In this document: positions 1 to 11,373 of the stretch, one piece after another
How positions within the stretch are numbered: position 1 is the first letter of the stretch
How the letters are laid out: each line of letters starts with the position of its first letter
Origin: Candidatus Omnitrophota bacterium
GTDB taxonomy: Bacteria; Omnitrophota; Gorgyraeia; 1-14-0-20-64-10
Assembly: GCA_016196465.1 (NCBI GenBank)
Contig: JACPXR010000051.1
Coordinates: forward strand, 1 to 35,279
Length of the DNA: 35,279 bases
Direction of reading: 5' to 3'
Made by a program: the position numbers and the translations under genes
Notes under the pieces: model-generated
What the model saw: the letters and a program-made list of their open reading frames with translations, nothing else
What the model was told of the DNA's origin: nothing
The model's database searches: none

Positions 1-2
1 CC

Positions 3-926
3 TATCACCTCACCGATCTTCGGCCCATGAGGGGAATGAGCGGCTTTCTCCATCGCAAGTGCAACGAACTCCACGGCAAGAAGCTCGAGGAGATCTTCCT
101 CGATCACCGGCCCGACGTCATCCTCGGAACCCACTTCTTCCCCATGGAAGTGGCGGCATTCTTGAAGAGGGGCGGTCAGTTGAAGAGCCGTCTCATCACC
201 GTGCTGACCGATTTTCTTCCCCACACGGTCTGGATCGCCCCGGCCATCGACGGCTATGTGATCGGCTCTGAGAAAGGAGAGGAGGAGCTCGTCCGGAGGG
301 GGGTGCAGCCCGAAAAGATCCGATGCCTGGGAATTCCCACCCACCCGAAGTTTTCAAAGCCGCAGGAGCGCCCCCTCCTGGAGAGGAAACTGGGCCTGGA
401 AAAAGACCGCTTCACCCTCCTCATCGGCTCGGGGGGGACAGGCACCGGCCCGGTCCCCTCCCTTGTCCGGACCCTGGAGAAGGTCCAAGGGCCCCTTCAG
501 ATTCTTGTGGCCGCTGGAACAAACGAAGGGCTCGTCAACGCCCTGGAGGGACTGAAGAGAAAACTGATTCACCCGATGAAAGTGTTCGGCTTCATCGACA
601 ACATGGAGGAGCTGATGAGTGCCTCCGACCTCTTGATCACAAAACCAGGGGGCTTGACCTGCGCCGAAGCGATGGTCCAGGGGCTTCCCATGCTCCTCAT
701 CCCGGCGATCCCAGGCCAGGAGGGCCGAAACGGACTCATGGCCGAAGAACTCGGAGCCGGAATCCGGATCCATCGCCTCGGAGAACTCCCGGGGCTCGTT
801 GAAGCCCTGAGGGCGGATCCCCGGCGGCTCGCGGGGATCGGTTCTCGGGCAAGGGAGGCGAGCTTCCCCGATGCCGCGAAACAGATCGCGCAGTGGGTGA
901 GGGATGAGTCCTCCGCGGCCGGATAA
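3..926 (+). CDS. MGDG synthase / processive diacylglycerol glycosyltransferase (GT28/UgtP-like), 5'-truncated by window edge
   Basis: Frame is open from position 3. Motifs THFFP, TDF..H..W, KPGGLT..EA and PGQE..N are typical of MGDG-synthase/GT28 proteins. Confidence 0.8.
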   Translation, partial: YHLTDLRPMRGMSGFLHRKCNELHGKKLEEIFLDHRPDVILGTHFFPMEVAAFLKRGGQLKSRLITVLTDFLPHTVWIAPAIDGYVIGSEKGEEELVRRGVQPEKIRCLGIPTHPKFSKPQERPLLERKLGLEKDRFTLLIGSGGTGTGPVPSLVRTLEKVQGPLQILVAAGTNEGLVNALEGLKRKLIHPMKVFGFIDNMEELMSASDLLITKPGGLTCAEAMVQGLPMLLIPAIPGQEGRNGLMAEELGAGIRIHRLGELPGLVEALRADPRRLAGIGSRAREASFPDAAKQIAQWVRDESSAAG

Positions 927-1590
927 ATCCGAAACCGTTCAAAGGGCGGTCCGTTCCGCCCGCCGCCGGCTTGAGGCCCTTCAGGCGCTCGGGGTGACCT
1001 CTCTTCCGGCTCCCAAGGAGAAGAGGGAGAGATCCTCCAAAGCGGAAATTCTCCAGCCGATCCAGCGCCAGGCCGAAGCCTGCCGGGCCTGCCGGCTGCA
1101 CGAAACCCGCAAGAGCGTCGTCTTCGGGGAAGGGAGTCTGGAGGCCCCGGTCGTTTTCGTCGGGGAGGGACCGGGGCGGGAGGAAGACCTCCAGGGGCGC
1201 CCCTTCGTGGGGCAGGCGGGAGGGCTTTTGACCAAGATGATCTTTGCGATGGGGTTCAAGCGGGAGGCGGTTTACATCGCCAATGTCGTCAAATGCCGGC
1301 CGCCGATGAACCGCCCTCCCGAACCGGACGAGGTGGCGGCCTGCTCCAGCTACCTCAAGGCCCAGCTGGAAACGATCCGCCCCAGGGTGATCTGCGCCTT
1401 AGGCAGGACGGCCGCCTCGACCCTCCTGAAGACGTCCGCCCCGATGGCCCATCTCCGGGGAAAAGCCTTCGCCTGGGAAGGAATCCCGGTCGTGGTGACG
1501 TTCCATCCGGCTTATCTCCTCAGAAACCCCTCCGCCAAGACCCTCGTCTGGCAGGACCTCCAGCAGGTCCTCGCCCTCCTCCAATCATGA
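904..1590 (+). CDS. udg: Uracil-DNA glycosylase, family 4 (Fe-S)
   Basis: CRACRL, VGEGPG..ED..G.PFVG, NVVKCRPP.NR.P and HPAYLLR motifs. Confidence 0.93.
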   Translation: MSPPRPDKSETVQRAVRSARRRLEALQALGVTSLPAPKEKRERSSKAEILQPIQRQAEACRACRLHETRKSVVFGEGSLEAPVVFVGEGPGREEDLQGRPFVGQAGGLLTKMIFAMGFKREAVYIANVVKCRPPMNRPPEPDEVAACSSYLKAQLETIRPRVICALGRTAASTLLKTSAPMAHLRGKAFAWEGIPVVVTFHPAYLLRNPSAKTLVWQDLQQVLALLQS

Positions 1591-3587
1591 GCTCGCCGAA
1601 GTATGCGGAGGTGGCGGTGGGGCTTCCGGTCCGCTCCACCTTCCACTACGCCATCCCCAGAGGGGTCTGGGCGAAGGCGACGGTCGGAACGCTGGTCTGG
1701 GTTCCTTTCAGGAACCGGAGAATTCTCGGGGTGATTGTCGGCCTCGTCGAGAAACCCGAAGTCCCCCGCGTCAAACCGATCGCAGAGACGGTGGGGGAGG
1801 AGCCGTTGATCAGCCGGGAACTTCTTGAGCTCACCCGCTGGATCAGCGAGACTTACCAGGCGGGCTGGGGAGAAACCCTGCTGGCTGCCCTTCCGGGCCC
1901 TCTTCGGCGGGGACGCACGCGGATGGAGTCCCGGGAGGCCCTTTCAACCCCTGAAGCCCCCCGGACCCTGCCGTTTCAACCCACTCCGGAGCAGGCCTCG
2001 GCGCTGGAGAAGATCCTTCCCCTCCTTCGGCAGAAGAAGCACCAGATCTTTCTCCTCCACGGCGTCACCGGAAGCGGCAAGACGGAAGTTTATCTTCAGG
2101 CGATCGCAGAAACGCTCGCTCAGGGCCGGTCCAGCATCGTCCTCGTCCCTGAGATCAGCCTCACCCCGCAGGCGATCGAGCGATTTCAGGGGCGCTTTGG
2201 AAAAGAGGAGGTCGCCCTCCTCCACAGCGGCATGCTGGAAAGCCACCGACTCAGCGAATGGAACCGGATCCGCCGGGGAAGCGCCCGGGTGGTGGTGGGC
2301 GCCCGCTCGGCTGTCTTCGCGCCGGTCTCTTCGCTGGGTCTGGTCGTGGTGGATGAAGAGCATGAACCTTCCTACAAGCAGGAAGACTCCCCCCGATACC
2401 ACGCCCGGGAGGCGGCCATCCGGCGGGCAGCCCTGAACCAAGCGGCGGTGATCTTGGGTTCGGCGACGCCGGCCCTCGAAACGTACCGCCGGGCCCTCCA
2501 GGGGGAATTCACGCTCATCCGCCTTCCTCACCGGATTGAACGGGTGCCTCTGCCGGAGGTGAAGATCGTCGACATGAGGCGGGAGTGGGCCTCGGGGCGC
2601 CGGGGAGGGATCTTCTCCAAGGCCCTCGAGGAGGCGATCGCCCAGACCCTGAAGGACCGCCAGCAGGGGATTCTCTTCCTCAATCGGCGCGGATTTTCCA
2701 CCAGCGTCCAGTGCCGTCGCTGCGGGCACACCCTCCGGTGCAAATCGTGCCAGGTGTCGCTCGTCTATCACATCGCCAAGCGGGAGATGATCTGTCACAC
2801 CTGCCGGGCCTCGAGCCCAGCGCCTCAGGTCTGCCCCCCATGCCGGAGCGAATACGTCCGCTTCCAGGGGATGGGAACCCAGCGGGTGGAAAGCGAACTC
2901 TCACGCCTTTTCCCCCACGCCTCCATCGCCCGGATGGACACCGACTCCACACGAAGCCGGGGATCCCATGACAAGCTGTTGAGGAGCTTCCGGCGGCACG
3001 AGATTGACTTCCTCGTGGGGACCCAGATGATCGCCAAGGGCCTGGATTTCCCGCGGGTGACCCTCGTGGGAATCATCTCGGCCGACACCGCCTTGAACCT
3101 GCCGGATTTCCGCTCGGCGGAGCGGACGTTCAACCTCCTCACCCAGGTGGCCGGACGCTCCGGCAGGGGGGAGCTTCCAGGACGGGTCATCGTACAAACC
3201 TACACCCCCCACCATTACGCGATTCAGGCGGCCGGCCGCCACGACTACGAGGGCTTCTACGCCCAAGAGATCAAGGTCCGCCGCGAGGTGAACCTCCCTC
3301 CTTTCTCGCGGCTCATCCAGATCCTCGTCCGGTCCATGCGGGAGAGCAAGGCGATCGAAGGGGCGGGGAAGCTCAGGGACCTTCTTCGGGAGGAGCTGGG
3401 CAGCTCGGTGACTCTCCTGGGACCCTCCCCCCATCCAATCCGGCGCGTGAGAAGGGTTTACCGCTGGCAGATCCTTCTCAAGGCTCCATCGCTCGATCTC
3501 ATCCAGGAAGCGCTCACCAGGGCCCTCCGCAAGGCCCCCTCCCCCCGGGGGTGCGTTGTCAGCGTCGACGTGGATCCTCTTTCGTAG
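1587..3587 (+). CDS. priA: Primosomal protein N' (replication restart helicase)
   Basis: Start at the ATGA overlap with the udg stop (MSSPKYAEVAV). GVTGSGKT, DEEH, four CxxC pairs, GTQMIAKGLDFP, QVAGRSGR and C-terminal DVDP are present. Confidence 0.96.
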   Translation: MSSPKYAEVAVGLPVRSTFHYAIPRGVWAKATVGTLVWVPFRNRRILGVIVGLVEKPEVPRVKPIAETVGEEPLISRELLELTRWISETYQAGWGETLLAALPGPLRRGRTRMESREALSTPEAPRTLPFQPTPEQASALEKILPLLRQKKHQIFLLHGVTGSGKTEVYLQAIAETLAQGRSSIVLVPEISLTPQAIERFQGRFGKEEVALLHSGMLESHRLSEWNRIRRGSARVVVGARSAVFAPVSSLGLVVVDEEHEPSYKQEDSPRYHAREAAIRRAALNQAAVILGSATPALETYRRALQGEFTLIRLPHRIERVPLPEVKIVDMRREWASGRRGGIFSKALEEAIAQTLKDRQQGILFLNRRGFSTSVQCRRCGHTLRCKSCQVSLVYHIAKREMICHTCRASSPAPQVCPPCRSEYVRFQGMGTQRVESELSRLFPHASIARMDTDSTRSRGSHDKLLRSFRRHEIDFLVGTQMIAKGLDFPRVTLVGIISADTALNLPDFRSAERTFNLLTQVAGRSGRGELPGRVIVQTYTPHHYAIQAAGRHDYEGFYAQEIKVRREVNLPPFSRLIQILVRSMRESKAIEGAGKLRDLLREELGSSVTLLGPSPHPIRRVRRVYRWQILLKAPSLDLIQEALTRALRKAPSPRGCVVSVDVDPLS

Positions 3588-3594
3588 CCCGCCG

Positions 3595-3603
3595 TGATAA
3601 GAT
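3595..3603 (+). promoter_or_regulatory. Extended -10 promoter (TGaTAAGAT), probably giving a leaderless def transcript
   Basis: TGn-TAAGAT lies 6 nt before the def ATG at 3610, with no Shine-Dalgarno in between. Confidence 0.55.
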
Positions 3604-3609
3604 AGCCGG

Positions 3610-4122
3610 ATGGTTGCCCCGATCTTAAAAGAACCGGATCCCCTCCTCCACCGGAAGGCCCTGACGGTCCCGAAAATCACCTCCGAGATTGAGGGGCTCA
3701 TCGAAACGATGATTGAAACGATGCACGCCGCGCAGGGGGTGGGGCTGGCCGCCAACCAGATCGGCTCTCCCCTGAACATCCTCGTGGCCAGCCCCAACGG
3801 GGAAAGGGGCGGGGAAATCGTCCTCGTCAACGCCTCCCTCACCAGGGGCCGGGGCCGCGCGAAATCTCCTGAAGGGTGCCTCTCCCTGCCTGGAATTTCA
3901 TCGGAGGTGAGCCGGCCGGGCTCGGTGAGCGCCTCGGGTCTGGACCGCCGGGGAAACCCCCTCACCCTTGAGGCGGAGGGCCTCCTGGCCAAGATCCTCC
4001 AGCACGAAGTGGACCATCTCGAGGGGCACCTCTTCCTCCACCGGCTGGGATTCTGGAACCGAAGGCGCCTTCTCAGGAAATACGAGGCCCTGTCCAATTC
4101 CCTTCGCCAAATCAAGCTGTAG
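3610..4122 (+). CDS. def: Peptide deformylase
   Basis: GVGLAANQ, EGCLS and QHEVDHLEG motifs; adjacent to fmt. Confidence 0.97.
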   Translation: MVAPILKEPDPLLHRKALTVPKITSEIEGLIETMIETMHAAQGVGLAANQIGSPLNILVASPNGERGGEIVLVNASLTRGRGRAKSPEGCLSLPGISSEVSRPGSVSASGLDRRGNPLTLEAEGLLAKILQHEVDHLEGHLFLHRLGFWNRRRLLRKYEALSNSLRQIKL

Positions 4123-5073
4123 ATGCGAATCCTCTTCTTTGGGACCCCTTCCTTCGCCGTTTGCGCCCTCGAAGCGCTCCTCGAAAGCTCCCACACGCTG
4201 GTAGGAGTCGTCACCCAGCCCCCACGCCCCGCCGGACGTCTGGGCAAACCGCAGGGGTCCGCCGTCGAGGAAGCGGCCCGCCGGCACGGGCTGGATCTCT
4301 TTCAGCCGGAATCCCTGACGGACGCTGCCTTCCTTCAAACGTTAAGGGAACTGAAGGCGGAGGCGGCCCTGGTCGTCGCCTACGGCCGAATCTTTCCCCC
4401 TCCCCTTTTAAGCTTATTCCCTCGGGGGGCCTGGAACCTCCACGCCTCCCTGCTCCCCAAATACCGGGGTGCCGCTCCCATTCAATGGGCCTTGATCCGG
4501 GGGGAAACCCAAACGGGTTTGACGGTCTTCCGGATGGACGAACAGCTCGATCACGGAAAGATCCTTCTCCAGGAAACCCTCCCGGTCTCACAAGAGGAAA
4601 CGGCAATGACCTTAGGCTCGACCCTGGCGGGGAAGGGGGGACCGCTTCTCTTCAAGGCGCTGGGGCTGATCGAAAGCGGAACGCCCACCCTCCTTCCACA
4701 GGAGGAGTCTCAAGCCAGCTTCGCTCCCCGCTTGACCAAGGCGGACGGAGTGATCGACTGGAAGGAGCCGTCTCTGCCGATCCACAACCGGATCCGGGGT
4801 GTCCAGCCCTGGCCGGGGGCCCTGACCGGGCTTGAGGGAAGGGTGCTCAAGATCCTCTCCGCCGTCCCCCACCCGCAGCGCGGGGATTCCAACGCCTCGC
4901 CAGGAACCGTAGTCCAAGCCGATCCCAAGAAGGGGATCCTCGTTCAAACCGGTTTGGGACAACTGGAGATCCGCGAGCTTAAGCTCTCAGGGGGAAAGGC
5001 CTTGAGCGCCTCTGATTTTCTCCGGGGCCATCCCCTTCATGCCGGGATTCACCTCCTGGCCCCGCCCCTGTGA
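4123..5073 (+). CDS. fmt: Methionyl-tRNA formyltransferase
   Basis: FFGTP.FA, VVTQP, VAYG and NLHASLLPKYRGAAPI motifs. Confidence 0.97.
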   Translation: MRILFFGTPSFAVCALEALLESSHTLVGVVTQPPRPAGRLGKPQGSAVEEAARRHGLDLFQPESLTDAAFLQTLRELKAEAALVVAYGRIFPPPLLSLFPRGAWNLHASLLPKYRGAAPIQWALIRGETQTGLTVFRMDEQLDHGKILLQETLPVSQEETAMTLGSTLAGKGGPLLFKALGLIESGTPTLLPQEESQASFAPRLTKADGVIDWKEPSLPIHNRIRGVQPWPGALTGLEGRVLKILSAVPHPQRGDSNASPGTVVQADPKKGILVQTGLGQLEIRELKLSGGKALSASDFLRGHPLHAGIHLLAPPL

Positions 5074-5099
5074 TAGAATACCCCCTTTTACACTAGGAG
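5071..5099 (+). promoter_or_regulatory. Extended -10 promoter (TGaTAGAAT) plus RBS (AGGAG) for the galT-galT-gap-pgk-tpiA-secG unit
   Basis: TG-A-TAGAAT at 5071-5079 overlaps the fmt stop. AGGAG at 5095-5099 precedes the ATG at 5105. Confidence 0.6.
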
Positions 5100-5104
5100 C
5101 CCCC

Positions 5105-6143
5105 ATGCCGGAACTCCGCAAAGATCCTCTGATGGGACGGTGGGTGATCATCTCCACCGAACGGGCCAAGCGACCGGACGAATTTCTGCCGCTGGCGCCG
5201 GTTCTCCCCGAGACAGAGCCGGATTGCCCCTTCTGTGAGGGAAACGAATCCAAAACCCCTCCGGAGATCATGGCGGTCCGTCCGGCGGGTTTGGCGCCCA
5301 ACAGCAGGGGATGGAAGGTCCGGGTGGTCCCCTCCATTGCTCCCGTCCTGCGCATTGAAGGGAAGATGGAGCGCCGTCCCCAGGGGATCTACGACGTCGC
5401 TTCGGGAATCGGGGCCCACGAGGTGATCGTCGAAACCCCTCAGCACCTCCCCTCCCTCTCCCATCTCACCCAGGAACAGATCCAGCAGGTGCTCGAGGTG
5501 ACCCTTCACCGGATGACCGATCTGGAAAAGGACCAGCGGTTCAAAAGCGTCCTCCTGTTCAAGAACGTCGGTGAGAACGCCGGATCGGGCAAAACCCAGC
5601 ATGCCCGCGCTCAGCTCATCGCCCTTCCGGTGATCCCCGTCCGCCTGAAGGATGAGCTCCACGGCGCGAACCAGTATTTCCAGCTGAAGGAGCGGTGCAT
5701 CTTCTGCGACATTCTCCGGCAAGAGCTCGACGCCCAGCAGCGCCTCGCGGTGGAGACCTCGCACTTCGTCGCCCTGGCCCCCTTCGCTTCCCGTTTTCCC
5801 TTCGAGCTGTGGATCCTCCCCAAGGGGCACGCCGCCGACTTCACAAAGATGACGCCCCACGAGAAAGGGGACCTCGCAAGGATCCTTCAGTGGACCTTCT
5901 TAAAGCTCTCCCGCGTCCTCAAGGATCCTCCGTACAACACGATCCTTCACACCGCCCCCTACCGCCGCGCCAAGGCGGGGGCGTGGCGCACGATCGACCA
6001 GGATTTTCATTGGCACCTGGAGATCATGCCCCGGCTGACCCGGGTGGCCGGGTTCGAATGGGGAAGCGGCTTCTACATCAACCCGACCCCTCCTGAGGAG
6101 GCGGCCAAATTCATGAAGGAGGCGGGGGTCCCCGTGATGAGTC

Positions 6144-6151
<8 letters not shown>
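5105..6151 (+). CDS. GalT-family (HIT-like) nucleotidyltransferase, copy 1; catalytic His replaced (HAR instead of HPH)
   Basis: MPELRKDP..GRWVIISTERAKRP, CPFC, GAHEVIVE, CIFCD and AGFEWGSG are present. The active-site motif reads QHARAQ. Confidence 0.88.
6017..6081 (+). repeat. 65-bp perfect direct repeat, copy 1 (copy 2 at 7026-7090)
   Basis: ctggagatcatgccccggctgacccgggtggccgggttcgaatggggaagcggcttctacatcaa is identical in both galT paralogues. Confidence 0.95.
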
Positions 6152-8149
<1,998 letters not shown>

Positions 8150-8153
8150 CGCG

Positions 8154-9347
8154 ATGGTGGAGAAGACTCCCTTTCGGACCCTCCCAGAGCTTCAGATCGA
8201 GGGAAAACGCCTCCTCATCCGGGTCGATTTCAACGTCCCCCTCCGGGGGGGGAAGGTGACCGACACCACCCGGATCGAGGCCTCTCTTCCGACGATCCGC
8301 TATGCCCTGGAGAAAAAAGCGAAGGTGATCTTGATGAGCCACCTGGGACGTCCGGACGGCGAGGTGAAGGAGGAGCTCCGGATGCGGCCGGTGGCAGAGA
8401 AACTCTCCGAGATCCTCGGAATTCCGGTGAAGACCGCCCCCGACTGCGTCGGCCCGGAGGCGAAGCGGCTCGCTTCGGGGCTTCAAGGGGGCGAGCTCCT
8501 TCTCCTCGAGAACCTCCGGTTTCATCCGGAGGAGGAAGCGAACGACCCCGGCTTCTCAAAGGACTTAAGCCGCCTGGGAGAGCTCTACGTCAACGACGCC
8601 TTCGGCGCCGCCCACAGGGCCCACGCCTCCACCGCGGGGGTCGCCAGGCACCTCCCCGCCGCGGCCGGGTTCCTCATGGAAAAAGAGATCTCCGCCCTCT
8701 CCCGCCTCCTCGAGGAACCGGAGCGCCCCTACTGGCTGATTCTGGGGGGAGCCAAGGTCTCCGATAAGATCCCTTTGATCCAACAGCTCATCGACCAGGT
8801 GGACGGGATTTTAATCGGCGGCGGGATGCAGTACACCTTCTTCGCCGCCCAGGGAATCGGGGTGGGGAACTCTCCCGTGGAGCGGGACCATTTGAAAACC
8901 GCCCGAGCCCTGGTGACCCAGGCGAAAGAGCGGGCCATTGAGCTCCTCCTCCCCCTCGACCATGTCATCGCCACCCGCGTGGCGCCCGACGCCCGGATGA
9001 GGACCACCGAGAAGCCAGGCGTTCCAGAAGGATGGGAGGGGGTCGACATCGGCCCCAAGACCGTGGCGGCGTTCCAGGCGAAGCTTCAACAGGCCAAAAC
9101 CGTCCTTTGGAACGGCCCGGTGGGGGTTTTTGAGATCGAACCTTTCTCCCGAGGGACCCGCGCCCTCGCCCAGACCCTGGCGGGCCTCGACTGCACCTCG
9201 GTGGTCGGCGGAGGAGACTCGGCGGCCGCCGTGGTCAAATTCGGGCTCAGGGAGCGGATGACCCACGTCTCAACGGGCGGCGGAGCCAGCCTCGAGTTCC
9301 TGGAGGGGAAGGTTCTCCCCGGCGTGGCGGCTTTGATGCGCCGATGA
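8154..9347 (+). CDS. pgk: Phosphoglycerate kinase
   Basis: RVDFNVP, SHLGRP, NDAFGAAHRAHAS, GGAKVSDKI and STGGGASLE. Confidence 0.98.
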   Translation: MVEKTPFRTLPELQIEGKRLLIRVDFNVPLRGGKVTDTTRIEASLPTIRYALEKKAKVILMSHLGRPDGEVKEELRMRPVAEKLSEILGIPVKTAPDCVGPEAKRLASGLQGGELLLLENLRFHPEEEANDPGFSKDLSRLGELYVNDAFGAAHRAHASTAGVARHLPAAAGFLMEKEISALSRLLEEPERPYWLILGGAKVSDKIPLIQQLIDQVDGILIGGGMQYTFFAAQGIGVGNSPVERDHLKTARALVTQAKERAIELLLPLDHVIATRVAPDARMRTTEKPGVPEGWEGVDIGPKTVAAFQAKLQQAKTVLWNGPVGVFEIEPFSRGTRALAQTLAGLDCTSVVGGGDSAAAVVKFGLRERMTHVSTGGGASLEFLEGKVLPGVAALMRR

Positions 9348-10138
9348 ACCGACGGCGGATCATCGCTGGAAACTGGAAATTGAACGGCACCTTGAAGGAA
9401 GCCCTGGAACTGACCCAGGGGGTGCTCAAAGCCCTTTCCTCCCTTTCAGAGGAGGTGGAGGTGGTTCTCTGCCCCCCCTTCACCGCCCTCTCCAAGGTGG
9501 GAGAGCTCTTGAAGGGCAGCCGGATCCGCCTGGGAGCCCAGGACGTCCACTGGGAGCCGAAAGGGGCCTTCACCGGAGAAGTTTCCGCCCCCCTCCTGAA
9601 GGAGGCCGGCTGCCGGTTCTGCATCATCGGCCACTCCGAAAGGCGACTCTGGTTCGGTGAAACGGACTCGAACGTCCACAAGAAACTTCTCGCCCTGATC
9701 GAGGAGGGGCTCCATCCGATCCTCTGCGTCGGAGAAACGCTCGAACAGCGCCAGCGGGGGCACACCTGGGAAATCATCCGCCGTCAACTGGAAGCGGCCC
9801 TCGAGGGCCTTGAGCCGCTCGCGGCCGCCCGGCATCTCGTCATCGCCTACGAGCCGGTCTGGGCGATCGGAACCGGGCAGAACGCCACCCCCGCTCAAGC
9901 CCAGGAGGTCCACGCGAAGATCCGCGGCTGGCTCTCGACCCGGTTTGGAAAGGCCCAGGCCCAGTCCATCCGGATCCAGTACGGCGGGTCGGTGAAGCCG
10001 GAAAACGCCAAGGAACTCCTCGCGCAGACCGATGTCGACGGCGCCCTGGTCGGGGGAAGCAGCCTGCAGGTCAAATCTTTCGTACAGATCGTCGAATCGT
10101 CCCCTCAAGGGAGGCAGGCCCCATGCTGTACGGGTTGA
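9344..10138 (+). CDS. tpiA: Triosephosphate isomerase
   Basis: AGNWK, GHSERR, AYEPVWAIGTG and YGGSVK. Confidence 0.98.
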   Translation: MNRRRIIAGNWKLNGTLKEALELTQGVLKALSSLSEEVEVVLCPPFTALSKVGELLKGSRIRLGAQDVHWEPKGAFTGEVSAPLLKEAGCRFCIIGHSERRLWFGETDSNVHKKLLALIEEGLHPILCVGETLEQRQRGHTWEIIRRQLEAALEGLEPLAAARHLVIAYEPVWAIGTGQNATPAQAQEVHAKIRGWLSTRFGKAQAQSIRIQYGGSVKPENAKELLAQTDVDGALVGGSSLQVKSFVQIVESSPQGRQAPCCTG

Positions 10139-10431
10139 TTCTGGTCGTTCACCTCTTCATGTGCTTCATCCTCATCGCGGTGATCCTTCTTCAGGCAGGC
10201 AGGGGCGGGGGCCTCGCCGACGCCTTTTCCGGGGGAACGGCCCAGTCCATTCTGGGGACGCGGGGGGCGGCCTTCCTCACCAAGGCCACCTCCATCTGCG
10301 CGACCCTCTTCATGCTCACCTCCCTGTCCCTGGCGATCCTTTCCGTCCAGCGGGGCCGGTCCCTCATGGAGAGGGCGGCCCCCGCATCCAGCACGGTAGC
10401 CGGTGGCCCCCCACCAGCCGAACAGAAGTAA
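10123..10431 (+). CDS. secG: Preprotein translocase subunit SecG
   Basis: Two TM segments flank the ILLQ.G.GGGL..AF.GG linker; canonical position after tpiA. Confidence 0.93.
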   Translation: MLYGLILVVHLFMCFILIAVILLQAGRGGGLADAFSGGTAQSILGTRGAAFLTKATSICATLFMLTSLSLAILSVQRGRSLMERAAPASSTVAGGPPPAEQK

Positions 10432-11371
10432 AAATCTCCTCCTCATCTACGCGATGTCGTCCCTGACCTACTTCAGTCAGGGAATTGGCGGACTGGCGGG
10501 CCAGCCCCTCTTCTTCCACCTCAAAGAAATTCTTGTTTTGGACGCTTTCGGAGGGGCGATCAAGGATGTCGCCATGGACGGAATCATGGTGGAAGAGGGC
10601 AGGCGGATGGGGCTCGTGGGGAAGATCCAGGCCGTCCAGTGGGGGTCTCTCACCCTGGCCTCCGTCATCACGGGGCTGGCTGGGGGGGTCATCGCGGAAC
10701 GGTTCGACTATCATCTGGGCTTCAAGCTGGTCGCCGTTTTCCCTCTTCTCGTCGCCGGCCTGGCCTTTTTTTACCGGGAGAATCCGGTCGGGGACCGCGC
10801 GCAACGGCCGCCGATGAGGGAGGTCCTGAAGAACAGGCGGCTTCTTCTGGCGATGCTGTTTTTATTCCTTCTCTGGTTCTCCCCCTCCTTCGGCGTTCCC
10901 GTCTCTTTCAAGATGAGGGACGAGCTGCACTTCTCCAAGCTCGCCATGGGCTTCCTGGGGACGCTGGGCTCCGCCTTTTCCATCCTGGGGGCCGTCTGGT
11001 ATTGGAGGGTGAGCAGCCGGATCGATCTGAAGAAGTGGCTCGTCATCAGCACCCTCCTCAGCGCCCTCTCCACGTTCGCCTATCTCTACCTGACCCCAAC
11101 GAGCGTGGTCGTCTATGCCGTTGGGTTCGGGATCGCCAGCATGGCGACCCAGCTTATCCTCATGGACTTCTGCGCCAGGATCTGTCCGGAGGGAAAAGAG
11201 GCGACCACCTTCGCCCTCATCATGTCGGTTCTGAACTTCGGCACCTTCCTGTCAGGGATCGTGGGAGGCAAACTCCATGACCTGGTCGGCTACCACTGGC
11301 TCGTGGTGATCTCAGGGGCAACCACCCTGCTCTGTCTGCCGCTGATCCCGCATTTGAAAGTGGAGCGCTGA
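10403..11371 (+). CDS. BT1/folate-biopterin-type MFS transporter with an apparent internal in-frame deletion (possible pseudogene); start uncertain
   Basis: YFSQG, DVAMDGIMVE, ARICPEGKEATTFALIMSVLN and multiple TM helices are present. Only 322 aa, and the segment normally between 'FF.LKE' and 'DV..D' is absent. Confidence 0.7.
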   Translation: MAPHQPNRSKNLLLIYAMSSLTYFSQGIGGLAGQPLFFHLKEILVLDAFGGAIKDVAMDGIMVEEGRRMGLVGKIQAVQWGSLTLASVITGLAGGVIAERFDYHLGFKLVAVFPLLVAGLAFFYRENPVGDRAQRPPMREVLKNRRLLLAMLFLFLLWFSPSFGVPVSFKMRDELHFSKLAMGFLGTLGSAFSILGAVWYWRVSSRIDLKKWLVISTLLSALSTFAYLYLTPTSVVVYAVGFGIASMATQLILMDFCARICPEGKEATTFALIMSVLNFGTFLSGIVGGKLHDLVGYHWLVVISGATTLLCLPLIPHLKVER

Positions 11372-11373
11372 GC

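Noticed and set aside
1293-1586. N-terminal extensions in the ORF track for priA (likewise galT1, gap, pgk, asd, argJ, argD, argH, dapF, dapA, dapB, dapL)
   Set aside because: They overlap upstream genes in another frame. Homology begins at downstream ATGs, mostly at ATGA overlaps.
2901-4247. Long minus-strand ORFs (e.g. 2901-4247, 12926-14038, 17758-18777, 24817-25908, 26597-27709)
   Set aside because: They are antisense shadows of well-supported + strand genes in high-GC DNA and show no recognisable motifs.
5570-5598. GENAGSGKT in GalT copy 1 resembling a Walker A P-loop
   Set aside because: The spacing does not fit [AG]xxxxGK[ST]. It aligns to the AGAS loop before the HPH motif in a HIT fold.
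10432-10520. tRNA-Leu often found after secG
   Set aside because: No cloverleaf or T-loop signature; the sequence runs straight into the transporter ORF.
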